Below are positions 24,934-37,818 of a stretch of DNA of 64,000 nucleotides, piece by piece. The DNA is taken from assembly GCA_021613535.1 (NCBI GenBank), contig CP075495.1:682001-746000 (forward strand), in the 5' to 3' direction. The stretch is from Adineta vaga. Its lineage: Eukaryota > Animalia > Rotifera. Position numbers and translations under genes: made by a program. Below the pieces are notes generated by a model. That model was not told the origin of the DNA. It saw nothing but the letters and a program-made list of their open reading frames with translations, and did not search any database. Numbering within the stretch: the stretch's first letter is position 1; each line of letters starts with the position of its first letter.

Positions 24934-27544
24934 TGATTCTTTTAATTGAGAGAAAGAAGATAAGAATAATCTAAAATAATTATGTGAATCATCATGAATT
25001 GTGAGTTAATGTTACTTATTTTACAATCAATATACTTTTATTGTGCGGAGTAACTTAAATTTAAATTCAAATTTCAAAAACGTTTCGTGAGATAAATATA
25101 TTAATTAATTTGTTATAACTTTTCTTTTAAGACGCATCAGAAAATAAATCATGAACGAAAGCGAAATAGGTGTATGGATGAGAGTCTCTCTTCTCAGATT
25201 CGAGTTGAAATTTAAGATGAAAAGATAAGGAAGTGGGTAAAAATTGATGTTCAAATGAGAATAAGACATTCAGGTACAGTATTAGATTTGAGTTTCAGTT
25301 CGAGTATGAATATGAATCTGTTTTGAACGATTCGACTGTATAATACGATCATGAAATATAAGATTCGAAATACAAATGAATCTCTTTTATTATTGGATCT
25401 TAGCTGAGATTTTTGTTTGTTGTTTGTCTATTTAAAAAATTCATAGAGATTCAATTTACTATTTGTTTCAAAAGACATTTTGTTGAATATTCTTGAACAT
25501 AATTTGTTCCATTAACTCTTAACGAGGACTAGAGATGTGTCTAATGATATAACACAAAACTTATCAAAAGAACAATATTCACTAAAGTAACAATTCATCT
25601 CTCCTTCGAAAATTCGTCTAATTAGAAAATGTTTGTTTTGAGATTCAATGAAAAACATTTATAAATATTTCAACTGTGTTTGACACTTCTATCGCTAAAA
25701 TCAATTTCTGTTCTGCGTGTAAATTTCTCCTCACCATAAACACGAAACGCATTAACTATCTTATATATTCGATTACTTAATTATTGTCTATATAGACGGA
25801 TTAGATTTGAAGAATATTGAATCTGTGTCAAATCTAACGATCTGATGTATTGTATACAATGAAGAGCGTATCCAGTAGAGTGATGAGTAACGGAATAATT
25901 GTATAAAAATGTACTTATCTACGACAACAATCCTTATTATGAATTATTAGTTTTCTCTGCAATTAAGTTGGAAAATACTCCGAAGAAGGAAAAAGAAAAG
26001 AAAATTTGCCGAGTTTTTAACTTGTTTTTACTATGAAGAGAAGCAAGAAGAAGGAAAAGAATATTTTCAAGCGTGGCAATGCAAATTTCAACGTAGAAAA
26101 AAAAAGATTCTTTTCAAAAAAATATATTAAAGTCATTCTTCATATGAAGACTTTTTTGACTGTGAAAAAAGAATTTTATAGAATAAAACTCACATCTTTT
26201 ACGCGTTCCGTTACACAACGAGTTTTAGTTTTATGATTCATTGGGAAAATTTGTGTAAACAAGAAATGAATTCACAAACAAAGTGTTAAAAGATGAGAAA
26301 AATTTTATTTTTGAATATATCAATAGGAGAATTAATATAAACAAAGATTTGATCTGTTTTTTTTAGAAGAGTTCTATAACTTATTCATAATAATTTTAGT
26401 TTAGTAAAATCATTCTTTTTCATTTTTCAATGAAATACATAACTTTATTTTAATTCGTTGATTTTTATAATAAATTCGAAAATATGTCGAGTTTTCTCAA
26501 TTTACTTTAAAAAATTAATATTAATACTTTAGTTTTACAGTTAGTTCTAATACTCCGTGTCTTTCTTTCTTTCTTTTATAACATATCGAATGTATCTGAA
26601 TAGATATCAATGTGTTCAATGTAACAAAATCTTTGACGATCGTTCATATAGTTGGAGCGAACTGTTGATTTTAATACCTAAACAAATATTTACTCTTTGT
26701 GATTTTATCGGTAATAGAAGAAATGAAATATTCTTATACGAGATCAGAATTTTTCAAATGATCTCATTAACTATAGTATAGTTAATGTGAGAGATAATGA
26801 GAAATATTGTTATGTAAGAAAATCAGATATGGAATTTAGTCTTAAAAATGAAACTATCAAAGTGTCATCGACTTCGTTCTACATAAAGATGACTTTGCCA
26901 TATTCATAATATAATTTTGTCATACATATTGTCTGCGCTGTGTATTGTTTTTGAGATAATCACAAAAGTTCGCAATGATACTTCAGTTTGATGAATGTAT
27001 ATAAAAAACTTTGCATTCTACATCATCATAATTTACATTTTATATGAGTTCGAGTGTCTAAACATTACTTTTTTTGACGAGAATATTTAGTCATGGGTTT
27101 TCATCAGGAGAATACATGACACATGTTTCTAATAGTGTAAAAAGGTATATCAATATATACTGTTTATTTTAATTTAGTGGTGAAATAGTGAATATTGTAG
27201 TGTACTTTTAGATATGTTAACAAGAACATACTGAATTTTCTAAAACCAATCCCATTGTTTGCTTTACGTCACACGATCTTATTCAAAATAATGGCGCAAA
27301 AGAACGGCGTTTTATTCAATCACATATTTTCGAATCGAAACGTACTTATTTGGAAGAATGTTGTGTTTTTGAAAGATCAGTATTGAACGATTACCTGATC
27401 TTGTTTACAACTGTTTTTATAACAATTCATGCTTTTGTCTGATTTATAATTTCAAACAACTTCTAGTAATTGGTGTGGGTATGGGTATGAGACTAACTCC
27501 AAATTCATTACCCTTACCGATACCCGCCCACACCCTCAAGATGG

Positions 27545-28070
27545 ACCAAAGGTCGGAATCTTACTCTTCATCAGTTCTTCATGTTGTTTATCAACCACTA
27601 ACCATAACCACTCATTCAACTTCTTGTAGAGAAACGATTCCATACAGTAAAGACGAACAAAGCATCCCCATAATTCTTTTCCAGTAAATTCCTTAATGTT
27701 TAGTAGCTGTTGTGCAACCCACTCTCCTTCCTTCTGTAATGAGTCCTTCGGCTGCTCTTTTGACTAACATGTGAATAGTGATATAGCGAACAAATATTCG
27801 CCATCGATATTGAAATGTTCTTCCGACAATGCGAAAACGGCGATGAAGGTAAAAGAAGATTGGGCATGAAGCGTTCTTCTCTTAACATTAATCGTTCTTG
27901 ACGATTATTGACCCGTTTCACAGGACGTTGATTGCTTGTATTGTTGTTGAAAATTTGGACGAGATGTTTGAAATTAATGTGATAATCATCAAGCAGCGTC
28001 TCGATGAACTTCTTCTGAAATGCCTCTTCTATTATGACCACTTCAACATCTGAGTAGCAACACCATTCGA
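27545..28070 (-). pseudogene. WWE-domain plus ART N-terminal pseudogene, truncated
   Basis: WCCYSDVEVVIIEEAFQKK...DYHINFKHLVQ..NQRPVKR (WWE-like), then frameshifted LVKRAAEGLITEG and VRLYCMESFLYKKLNE (ART-associated YT..S.LY..LN motif), cut off at KIPTFGP. Confidence 0.75.
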
Positions 28071-31000
28071 CGCGTCTTTAACGGAACGTTTGTGGAGATA
28101 AGTAATTAGCGTACATTTAGTCTGCCTCTGCAATATATATCGAGAATAGGTGAATGCGCCGAGAGCGATCAATGGCAAGTTAGATAGAAAGATAAACAGT
28201 TTTCAGTAAATTGCATTTTGAAAGTGTTGTTCATGTTAAAATAATCTTTAGGGTGGGTGGGTGGGTGGGTGTGGACGAAGGGTGAGCAGAGTAGTCAATG
28301 GAGCAGTAATTAGCGAAATCGAGTGGACTGGCCGAGCTCTACTTTAAATCAGTATGCACATGGTCGGAACTAACGAATCGATTAAACGATCGAAGAAAAA
28401 GTCGAATGATTTGCCAAGGTATGTCATGTATGCAAAATATAAAAGATTAACGACACACATATCAGTATAATAATCTGTGAATGTGTTTTTTCCGATCGTT
28501 AACGAATCGCCTCCGAAAACAAATATGAAAGAAATATCGTATAGAAAAGGAAGAAATATGGGGATAAACCAACAAGGAAAAGTGTAATAAATAGTGTAGA
28601 GAAAATGGTTTTGACTGAGATTATACAACTATGTGATTAGACATATCACTTCTTTACTCTTTCGTCAAACGGACACTTCGTAAAACATCTCTTTTTAGAT
28701 AAATGTGAATTACATAATACCACATTGTTGCTAATCATACAACATTCGATTTCAATCGAATTTATACAGCAGAAGATGAACACAGATGATTTTTGCTCAT
28801 GGTAATATAGATTTCAATGCAAGGTTGCTAATCTATCAAGAACACTCTGCCAAAGTTATGAATATAGATGAAACAGTTGGACTTATAAATGTTGAAAATA
28901 TTGATGTTAAGTAACGAATGCAAAACTGCGTTGATTTTCAAGTAATAAACTCCACAATTGTTCCCGAATAAAGTCTTTTACAATGTTCTGACAAACACAT
29001 CAAAGATCTTTCCAATATGATCAAAGATATGTCAGTAAAAGAGATAGATAGACTAAGAAATAATATATGATTAGCAATGAATGACTTTTTATTGGAATTA
29101 CCAGTTGTTTCTGTTGCTTTAATTGTAGTTACTTAAAATTAACATAAAGATGAAATAAAACTTCTTTAAATCAAACAAATCTCGATAATTTCAAAGAGAT
29201 ATGTGCACGAGTGAATCAAACAATGCAATTGAATACGAAATATACGAATACAATACAAATCATAAATAATTTAATAATTAAAATCGATGATATTATTCAA
29301 CGACTTGATCTAACTGGAGATCGACTTTTCTTCAGTTAATTTTCATTCTAAGAAAAAATTTATTAACAAATGTTAAATTAGTTGTTCGTTTAATTATATA
29401 TATTTTCTCTATGTCAGTCATTTTTAATGTTATCATAGTTGAATTGACAAAAACAAATGTCTAAATGAATAAATTACAAAAGATTTGAATTGTTTTTCTT
29501 ATTAAATATTATCTATTTAAATAAATATAAATTTATTTTCATTTACAAAAATGATTTAATGAAATTCTTTTAAAATAATATTTCAAATTATTGTTGAAAG
29601 ATAAAGAAAATCTCGAGATTTAAGAATTCTTAATAATAATAATAATAATAATCATTTGGAATCTTATCTGTTTATTCATCGATATACTTTTCAGATTCTA
29701 TAAAGACACTAAAAAGAATAGAATCTTCTAAAAGAAAGATAAAAATACATATTTAATTTATTAAAAAATTCTTTCGAATAAAAATAGAATTTTATTTTAA
29801 ATTGACAAACGATATTTTATAGATTTTATTTTTATTAAATAAAGAAAAATATTCTTTGAAAAATCTTTGTTATATTTGAGAAGAAATCATTTCGATAAAT
29901 AATAAAATTATATTTTTGATTTGTATTTGTTTAACATTAGAAATCTTTGAATAAAATATAAATAACATTTAGTTTAGATTTGAAAGAATTTTCTTTGAGT
30001 TTTATTTTTGATAAAAAGAAATAATTAAAAAAATAATATTTAAATATTTCCAAATTGATTTATTAAAATGAAGAAAAAAAGATTTTTTATTTTCTTTAAA
30101 ATAAATGATCAAATCATTTAGAAAATATTGAAAATAATGATTTATTTAAGATAAAATATTGTTGATAAAGATATTTATTATTTTACAATGAAAAAAATTG
30201 AAGAATTTATTTTCAATTTTCTTCTTTTCAATTATTTCAATTTGTTCGATATTTATTTATGAAAATATTTTATTTCACAATAATTTTACAATTATCTTTG
30301 TTTTATTTTGTTACTTTTATCATCTGTTCGTTGTTTTTATCTTTGAATTCTTTATTCGTTAAATATTCTTTGATATTTTTCATTTTAAAAATGAGATTTT
30401 CTCTCGATAAACATGATCATCAACAAATAAAGTTAATTTAACAAAAAATTTAATTAGACAAAAACTATTTTCTGTTCTTTTCTCTAAATTAATCATAATC
30501 AATGATCATTTTCATTGAAATCTCTTTGACAAAAATCTTTTCAACAATTTTTATAACGAAATGAAATCTTTCTCGTATTTCCATTTCAAATAATGAGTTT
30601 TGTTGATTTGTAGAATAGAAAAGACAAATTGATGTTGATAAAGAGAAGAATGATAATGTTAAAAATAAAAGACAAAACAAATTCTTTGTTTTTCAAATGA
30701 CAAATAATTGAAATTATTAAAAAGTTTTTATTCGAATTAAATTAAAAAACATTTTGATGAAAATCTTTTTATTCTTTTCATTAAGATTAATAAAACTTAA
30801 ATTCTTATAACAATAATAAATATCTTTAGATTCTTCTTTTTCAAATTAAAATATTAATTCGAATATCTTCGATCATTTCATCGTTTAAAATAAAATCGAA
30901 TTTAACAAAATTCAAATATCTTTTTCATCCGATTTCAATCTTTTTTTTTTCTTTGTTTTTACTCGTCAGCTTTACTAAATTTCTATGAGATCACATCGAA

Positions 31001-31488
31001 TTTGTCGAAATGTTCACAGAAAAAATCATCTTTTAGAAATATTTCTTCAAACAACATTTACAAATAATTTTCTTCGAAGATCCTTCAAATCCAAATGATT
31101 GTTTAACCATTTTTAAATCGATATTTGATCAAAACAAAGAATTTCATTGATAAATCAAATTCTTTTTCGTTCTTTTCCAAAAAACACAAAAGTCAAAAGA
31201 AAATCTTTGATTCAACGAACATTTTTATCAAATCAGAACATTTATTCTGACACATCTCATTTCAATCTAAACAAAGATCATTTTTCAAGACAAGAAAACT
31301 ATTTTAACAAAGCAATTTCATCGAAACAGACCAACTATTCCTCTTTGTTCATCGATGTTCTTTTACGAAAAACAAAAGGATTTTCTCAATTTTATTTCGA
31401 AAAAATCTTTTTCTTTTTTTAAAATCAAAATCAAATCAACAAAAATCGTTTTTTATCAAATCTTTTCGTTTGAAATGCAAAGTTCATT

Positions 31489-33586
31489 TCAATGAATTTT
31501 ATCAAATCGAACAATTCGATCATTTCCCCAATCTGAAACATAAAGATTTCCTTCTAAATCAAATGATAAACCAGAAGGATAATTCAATTGATTTGATTCA
31601 CTTCCTTTACCATTTCCACCAACAACAATCTCCCCTTCTTCATCTCCTTCACACCATCGCATTATTCGATGATTCACCGAATCTGCCACATAGATTTGAT
31701 TCCATTCATCAACAAACAATCCTTCAGGACCATTCAATTGATTGAGATTGTTTCCTTGACCATTTCCTCCAGCCACAACAATTCCTTCCTTCGCATCTTT
31801 TCTCCATTTCATCACACGATAATTATCTCGATCTGAAACATAAAGAGATTGATCTTTATCAACAAAGATGTGAGTAGGACAGTCGAGTTGATTTCTTTGA
31901 TTTCCTTCTCCATTTCCACCTGCAACTAATATTTCTTCTTTGTTTTTATTAATCTTTTCTAACTTCCATTTTCTCACTTCATTCTTCTCCGGAGCAGAAA
32001 CATAAATAAATCCATGTTGATCCATTGTTAAACCAAAACAATGAATATTTTGAATGAGAATTTGTTGTTTTTGATCTCTTGACCATCGCATCACTCGTCT
32101 GTTCCCTCGATCAGCAATGATGATTGAATGATTTTGTTGATCAACAATCACATCTGTTGGCCAATACAATTGATCTATTCTCTCTCCTCTTCCATTTCCA
32201 CCTGCAATGATTTGTCCTTGTTTTTCATCACATTTCCATTCAACAATACGATGATTGTTATGATCAGCAATGAAAATGTTTTTGTTTTCATCAACAAAGA
32301 TTCCAACAGGACGAAAGAGTTGATTTAATTGATTTCCTTCTCCATTTCCTCCCGCAACAATTGTTCCATTTTGTTGAAATTTCGTTTCTAAACAAAGAAA
32401 AGAAAAAAGATTTGTGAAAAAGAAAATTTTAAAGAAAAGAAAAGATTTGAAATTGATGAAAAAACGAAAGATTTTCTTTTTGATTTGATTTTCATTCGAA
32501 GTTGAGTTTGAATTTTTTGATTAAAAGTAAATGAGAAATGTTTGATTTATTTGAATCTTTGATTTTATTCAAAAAGAAACTTTTCTAAGAAGCTCTTTAG
32601 AATTAATTTTGTTCATAGAAAAGATTTCAATGAAAACAAATTTGATTTTAATTTTTTTCGAAGAAATTAAAGAAAAAAACCGAAAATTTTCTTTGTTTTT
32701 TGACGAGATTTGGAATAAGAAAATCATTCGTTTCTTTTGTTTTATCAATTAAAAGATCAAAGAACATCTCATTTTCTTTTTAATTTTCAAATATTTTGAG
32801 ATTTATTTTGTTAAAAAGAAAAGATTAAATTGAAATGAATTTACTTTGATTTATTTTAATTTTTGTTAAATTAATTTGATTTGTTGCTGTTGCTAATGAA
32901 TCTTCATTATCTTCGTCATCATTAATTTCAATTAAATGAACAATATATGATCCATTTGGATGATCTAATGCATTAGATTTGACACGAAATTGAGTTCCCA
33001 TTGATAAAATAATTTCATCTTCATTTTCATATTCTGTATAACCCGATACTTTTTTTCCTTTTAATGCTTCAATTAAAAACATAGTTGATTTTTGATTATC
33101 TCCAAGAAAATGTTTAATAACATTAACAGATGATGAACATGAATTGATTGACCACCAAGTTAAAAGTTGATTTTTAATAAAATGTTTTCCAATATCTTCA
33201 GGAATTCCTCTCCAAATAATTTCTTTAACAGTTGGTAATTTATTCAATGCAGAATGAAATAATTTTAAATAAGGAAACCAAATTTTAATAATTTGTCTAT
33301 TTTCATTTCTTAATGCTTGATTTAAAAGACGATATAAAGTTTGTTCACCCCATTCCATTGTATAAATATAAATCGAAGCTGATTCATCACGTGTTAATCC
33401 ATCTGAAGATGGATAATGACAATGTTTTTTTGCGATTTTTATATAATATTGTAATTGATCAATTTGTGATTCAATTGGTTTTAATGCTTCATCAATTGAA
33501 ACGAGTTTTTGACTTTGAAAACCATAAATTGGTGTTAATCTTTTAAATGAACAATCAATATCACTAAAACGAGTTTTTGTTGACAT
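31489..33586 (-). CDS. ADP-ribosyltransferase-NHL fusion, copy B; exons 33586-32845 and 32387-31489
   Basis: Direct duplicate of copy A at offset 8653 with the same motifs and intron. Confidence 0.92.
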
Positions 33587-34900
33587 TTATTCGTTTAATT
33601 GAGAGAAAGTACGGAATTGTTTTAGAATAAAATTTTCGTTTTTCTTTTCAGATATTAAAAAAATAAAAGAAAAAAGTTCGATTAGAGTTTTACATAAAAC
33701 AAATGCGCATCTTACTTTGATAAAATTCTTTGTTTTTTTTTCCAACATAAATAAAAGATAAATGAAAAGATTCTCTTTTTCTTTATCATTACTTTCTTAT
33801 CTCTATTCGAAGAAAAAAAGAAGAATATATGAGTAAAGATATGGGTGAGAATAGACGAAGATTTGATTCGAAACAAGAATAATTACGTTCAAGTTTCGAT
33901 CAAATGAATAGCGGGTCGTTGGACTCTGAGAGAGACTTCCAATACATGTGTAGTCGTTAAAAAAACACCGAGATATTTTCAGAAAAATAAGAAATCATCT
34001 ACACAGATACAACCGATATAGAACAATATGTATTTTAAAAAAGTCTACCAACCAATTGTCTTTGAATTTCGTATAAAATGAAAGAAATCAATAACTAATT
34101 TTTGTCCGATGTTCTGATAGAGAAAAATATGCATATGTAAAAGTCATTACAATGTTGAGGGTGTGGGTGTGAGTAATACTCTTCTCTTCATCCTCACCCA
34201 CACGCGCAATAAAAATCAAATAAACAAATTGTCTCATTGATTTTTTTTTTCATAATATATTTCATATAGATCGCAGATTGTCTTATATATTCATTTTCAT
34301 GTTCTTGATAAGGATAATTATAATTATAATAAAACAAAACGAGATCATTACGTTGAATATTTTCAATGAATTTATCAATTTTACGATTGTATCTAAATCT
34401 TTAGAAACATTGATACAATACTGTAAAGGATCGGGTTGATACGCATTAATTCTAATAATCAATGCTATTTTCCGTTGATAAATACAAGGAAATAACAAAT
34501 ACAAAGGTTTGTATGAGTGAAATACTCCAAGTTAAATAGCTTCATAACTTTTCTGTTTACAACTTGACAGAACCGAAGAACAAAAATTTCACAGACATAA
34601 GTCAAATCGAAATGTTGAGAGTTAAAAAGCGTACTTTCAACACATTTTCTTTGTTTTTTTTTAACATGAAAATTAATCTTCTACTCGTATTCTATTGACA
34701 TATGATATATTTTATCAGAAGATAAATTCCATATTGATTGAAAGATTATATCTTCTATTTTGTGATTGAAATCTAAAAACAACAGATTATTTCAACCAAT
34801 ATTTATGTTCGATATTTATGTCGTTTTCGTCAATATAAATTAGACCTTTTTCTCGCTTGTTGATACTCTCCTAAAAAAATTCGTTTTATCTATTTTTAGA

Positions 34901-36187
34901 ATGCATAGTACGTACGCACTTCTGTTTCGATATTTTTCTCCGAATATTTAAAAATCTTCTTTCTTAGCTTCACCATCTTCAGTCGATCAACGTAAACGTC
35001 GCATCAAACAAATATCAACAGGATTGTGTATATTCCTATTTATTCTATCCTTAGTATTTCCTATCTACATCGTGATAAAAACCACAAAAAATCCTATAAA
35101 TACAATTATTAAAAAGAATATTACAACCGATAGAACAAAAACTATTGCCATTTCAAAACCCAGTTTGGCACAATATTCACAATTGTATTCAGCATATCCA
35201 GAAAAATTGAAATGTCCATGTAGTCAAACATCAATGAACTACGATGAATTTCTTACTATTCAACCTGTATTTCATCAGATCTGCAGTAGTGTTTTCGTCA
35301 CACAAGACTGGATTGATAGCCTTAAACATACTGATCCAAAACTTTTTATTGATGATTTTCGAGTAACAGGTTCACATACATTTCAAGCATTACATACATT
35401 ATGCGAAATGAGTGGCGAGACAGTTATTTTTGAAATAACACAATTCTTTCATAGTGAATTTCTTAATACATATGTGATGAACAAAGATTTATTTCAAATG
35501 AAAATTATGTCACGAATTGGAGAACTGACTAATACGATAAACCATAAATTTGGATTCTCTTTTCGAAAGATACAAAATCTCATTGAAGCCAATGTCTTAT
35601 TCTCTAGTTTACAAACAAATTACCAACTACTCGTACAGAATAACACTATACTTTCATCTCCTGTTACTTATAATGAATGCAGTTGTACTTCTTCGTCAAA
35701 ATGTATTAAACAAACTGCGATTTACGACTATTCAAGTGGCAATATTTTATTCCGAGTACCGGGTTTCTATACCGGTTGTTATATTATTGAATCATTACTT
35801 CAATCTGATCTTCGATGTTTTTATAACCAAACTTGTATCAATCATCTGCTTAGTTATCTATCTTCACCAATGAATGTCATACCTTTGAATCATTTGTCTT
35901 CAAATGGAAACCATGAGAACGCAACTATTCAGACTCTTTTGACGAATTTAATGATCGACCAATGGAAGACATCAATCTCTTATGAGAATTATTATCACCA
36001 ATGTAATCCAGAAGAATGTACTTTTACAATTGAAAAGCCAGAGACAATTGAGACGATAGAAATAATTCAAACAAGAACTGATTTCGTATATATGATTGCA
36101 TTGATTATTGGTATCATTGGTGGTATTATATCCATCTTACAATTTATCATACCTCCATTAGTCAAACTCGTTTCTAATGGAAGTTAA
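34901..36187 (+). CDS. Two-TM protein with large Cys-rich ectodomain (CPCS / FHQICSS / DFR family), paralog 1
   Basis: Micro first exon 34901-34907 and intron to 34967 give an in-frame join. N- and C-terminal TM helices; conserved Cys pattern. The start is tentative. Confidence 0.8.
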
Positions 36188-36534
36188 GAATAATGACTTT
36201 ATAGAATCGATGTTTTTGCAACACGGGAAGCTTTACATTCGAATATATTTGCTTTCATAGTTTCAAAATAAAAACATGATTGTGAGGAAAAGAGATATCT
36301 ATATTTGTTTGTACTATCGGAAGTATTGTATATCTCATATGAACACCGATAATTAAAAAAGAAAGAGAGGAAACGAATAATTTATTACACATCAATAAAT
36401 AAAAACTTTCTCATTGAGAAAAACTATTTTAAAAATAATTATTTTAAAGAGTTTTACTTTTTCTACTGAGAAAAACGATAGTTATTCAGATTTTTGTTCA
36501 AAATTTCTGTTGTCAGTTCTCTGTAAACATTACA

Positions 36535-37818
36535 ATGGCAAAAGTCGTCTCAATAAATGGTAGGTGTTCACTTTATGTTTTGATGTCTTTTTCCCTTATT
36601 ATATATTTAGCTGTACCATCTACAGTCGATCAACTTGAACATCGCATAAAAAAACTATCAATAGAATTCGGTATTACTTTGTTTATCCTATCATTGTCAT
36701 TTCCTGCGTATATCGTGATGACGGCTGTGCAAGATCCACTGATTACAAATGTTACAAATGATGTAACAAAGAGAATTGTTGTCCAGATTCCTAGTTTCAC
36801 TCAATATATACAATTGTATTTAACATATCCACTGACACTAGAATGTCCATGTAGTCAAGCATCGATATACTATGATAGATTTGTTAAAATCAATACAATA
36901 TTTCATCAGATCTGCAGTAGTATATTTCTATCTGAAGAATGGATAAATTATTTTGCAAACAGTAATATGCCACTTTTTGCCGATGATTTTCGAATGACAG
37001 GTTCATATGCATTTCAAGCTTTGAGAACATTATGTAGACTAAGTAACGAGACATTCGAACATAATTTAATGAAATTTCTATCGGATGAATATATTAGTCT
37101 AAATGTTCTTCCTGGCGCATTATTTCAATCAATAATTCAGATGCGAGTTAATCAGTTTAAATTATTTAACATTAAAAGTTTTTCATTATCTTTCTCAATG
37201 ATTCGTGGAACCATTCAAGCCAATGCTTTATTGTCTGGTTTACAAACAAATTATCGATTAATGGCACAAAACAATGACGTGTTTTCAATTCCTAATGATT
37301 ACAATAGATGTTCTTGTTCGGTTTCTTCAACATGTATTGCTCAATCTATGATTTATGACTATCCAACTCGTACTAGCTTATTTAGTGTACCAGGATTTTA
37401 TACAGGTTGTTATATTATTGAATCATTACTTCAATCTGATCTTCGATGTTTTTATAACCAAACTTGTATCAATCATCTGCTTAGTTATCTATCTTCACCA
37501 ATGAATGTCATAGCTCTTGACGGATCAATGATGAGTAACTATTTTAGAAACTCAACTATCAACGATCTTCTTCAAAACTTAATGCTCGACGATTTAAGAT
37601 TAACAATAGATTATGAATCTTACTATGAACAATGTCGACCAAAACTTTGTAGTTATACAATGGAAATGTCTCAGACAATGGAAATAGCTCAAATAGTTCA
37701 AACAAAACGTGATATAGCCTCGATAATTGGTTTAGTTATTGGTATCATTGGTGGTATAATAACCATCTTACAGCTTATTATACCACGATCTGTCAAACTT
37801 ATCATTGGTGGTGTTTAA
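36535..37818 (+). CDS. Two-TM Cys-rich ectodomain protein, paralog 2
   Basis: Tandem paralog with a probable 51-nt in-frame intron at 36560-36610. Confidence 0.85.
   Translation: MAKVVSINGRCSLYVLMSFSLIIYLAVPSTVDQLEHRIKKLSIEFGITLFILSLSFPAYIVMTAVQDPLITNVTNDVTKRIVVQIPSFTQYIQLYLTYPLTLECPCSQASIYYDRFVKINTIFHQICSSIFLSEEWINYFANSNMPLFADDFRMTGSYAFQALRTLCRLSNETFEHNLMKFLSDEYISLNVLPGALFQSIIQMRVNQFKLFNIKSFSLSFSMIRGTIQANALLSGLQTNYRLMAQNNDVFSIPNDYNRCSCSVSSTCIAQSMIYDYPTRTSLFSVPGFYTGCYIIESLLQSDLRCFYNQTCINHLLSYLSSPMNVIALDGSMMSNYFRNSTINDLLQNLMLDDLRLTIDYESYYEQCRPKLCSYTMEMSQTMEIAQIVQTKRDIASIIGLVIGIIGGIITILQLIIPRSVKLIIGGV

Noticed and set aside
25350-27420. Possible F-box or other gene remnants
   Set aside because: Only vague LLDL-like starts with many stops; no supportable family call.
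28760-29340. Coding-like decayed stretch
   Set aside because: No continuous frame or recognisable motif.
22817-33546. Plus-strand ORFs at 22817, 23475, 24660, 31470, 32128 and 33313
   Set aside because: Antisense shadows of the ART-NHL coding sequence.
22836-33586. Diversity-generating retroelement as the cause of NHL variation
   Set aside because: There is no reverse transcriptase or template repeat in the window, and differences hit all three codon positions without an evident adenine-only pattern. A trans-acting mechanism cannot be excluded.
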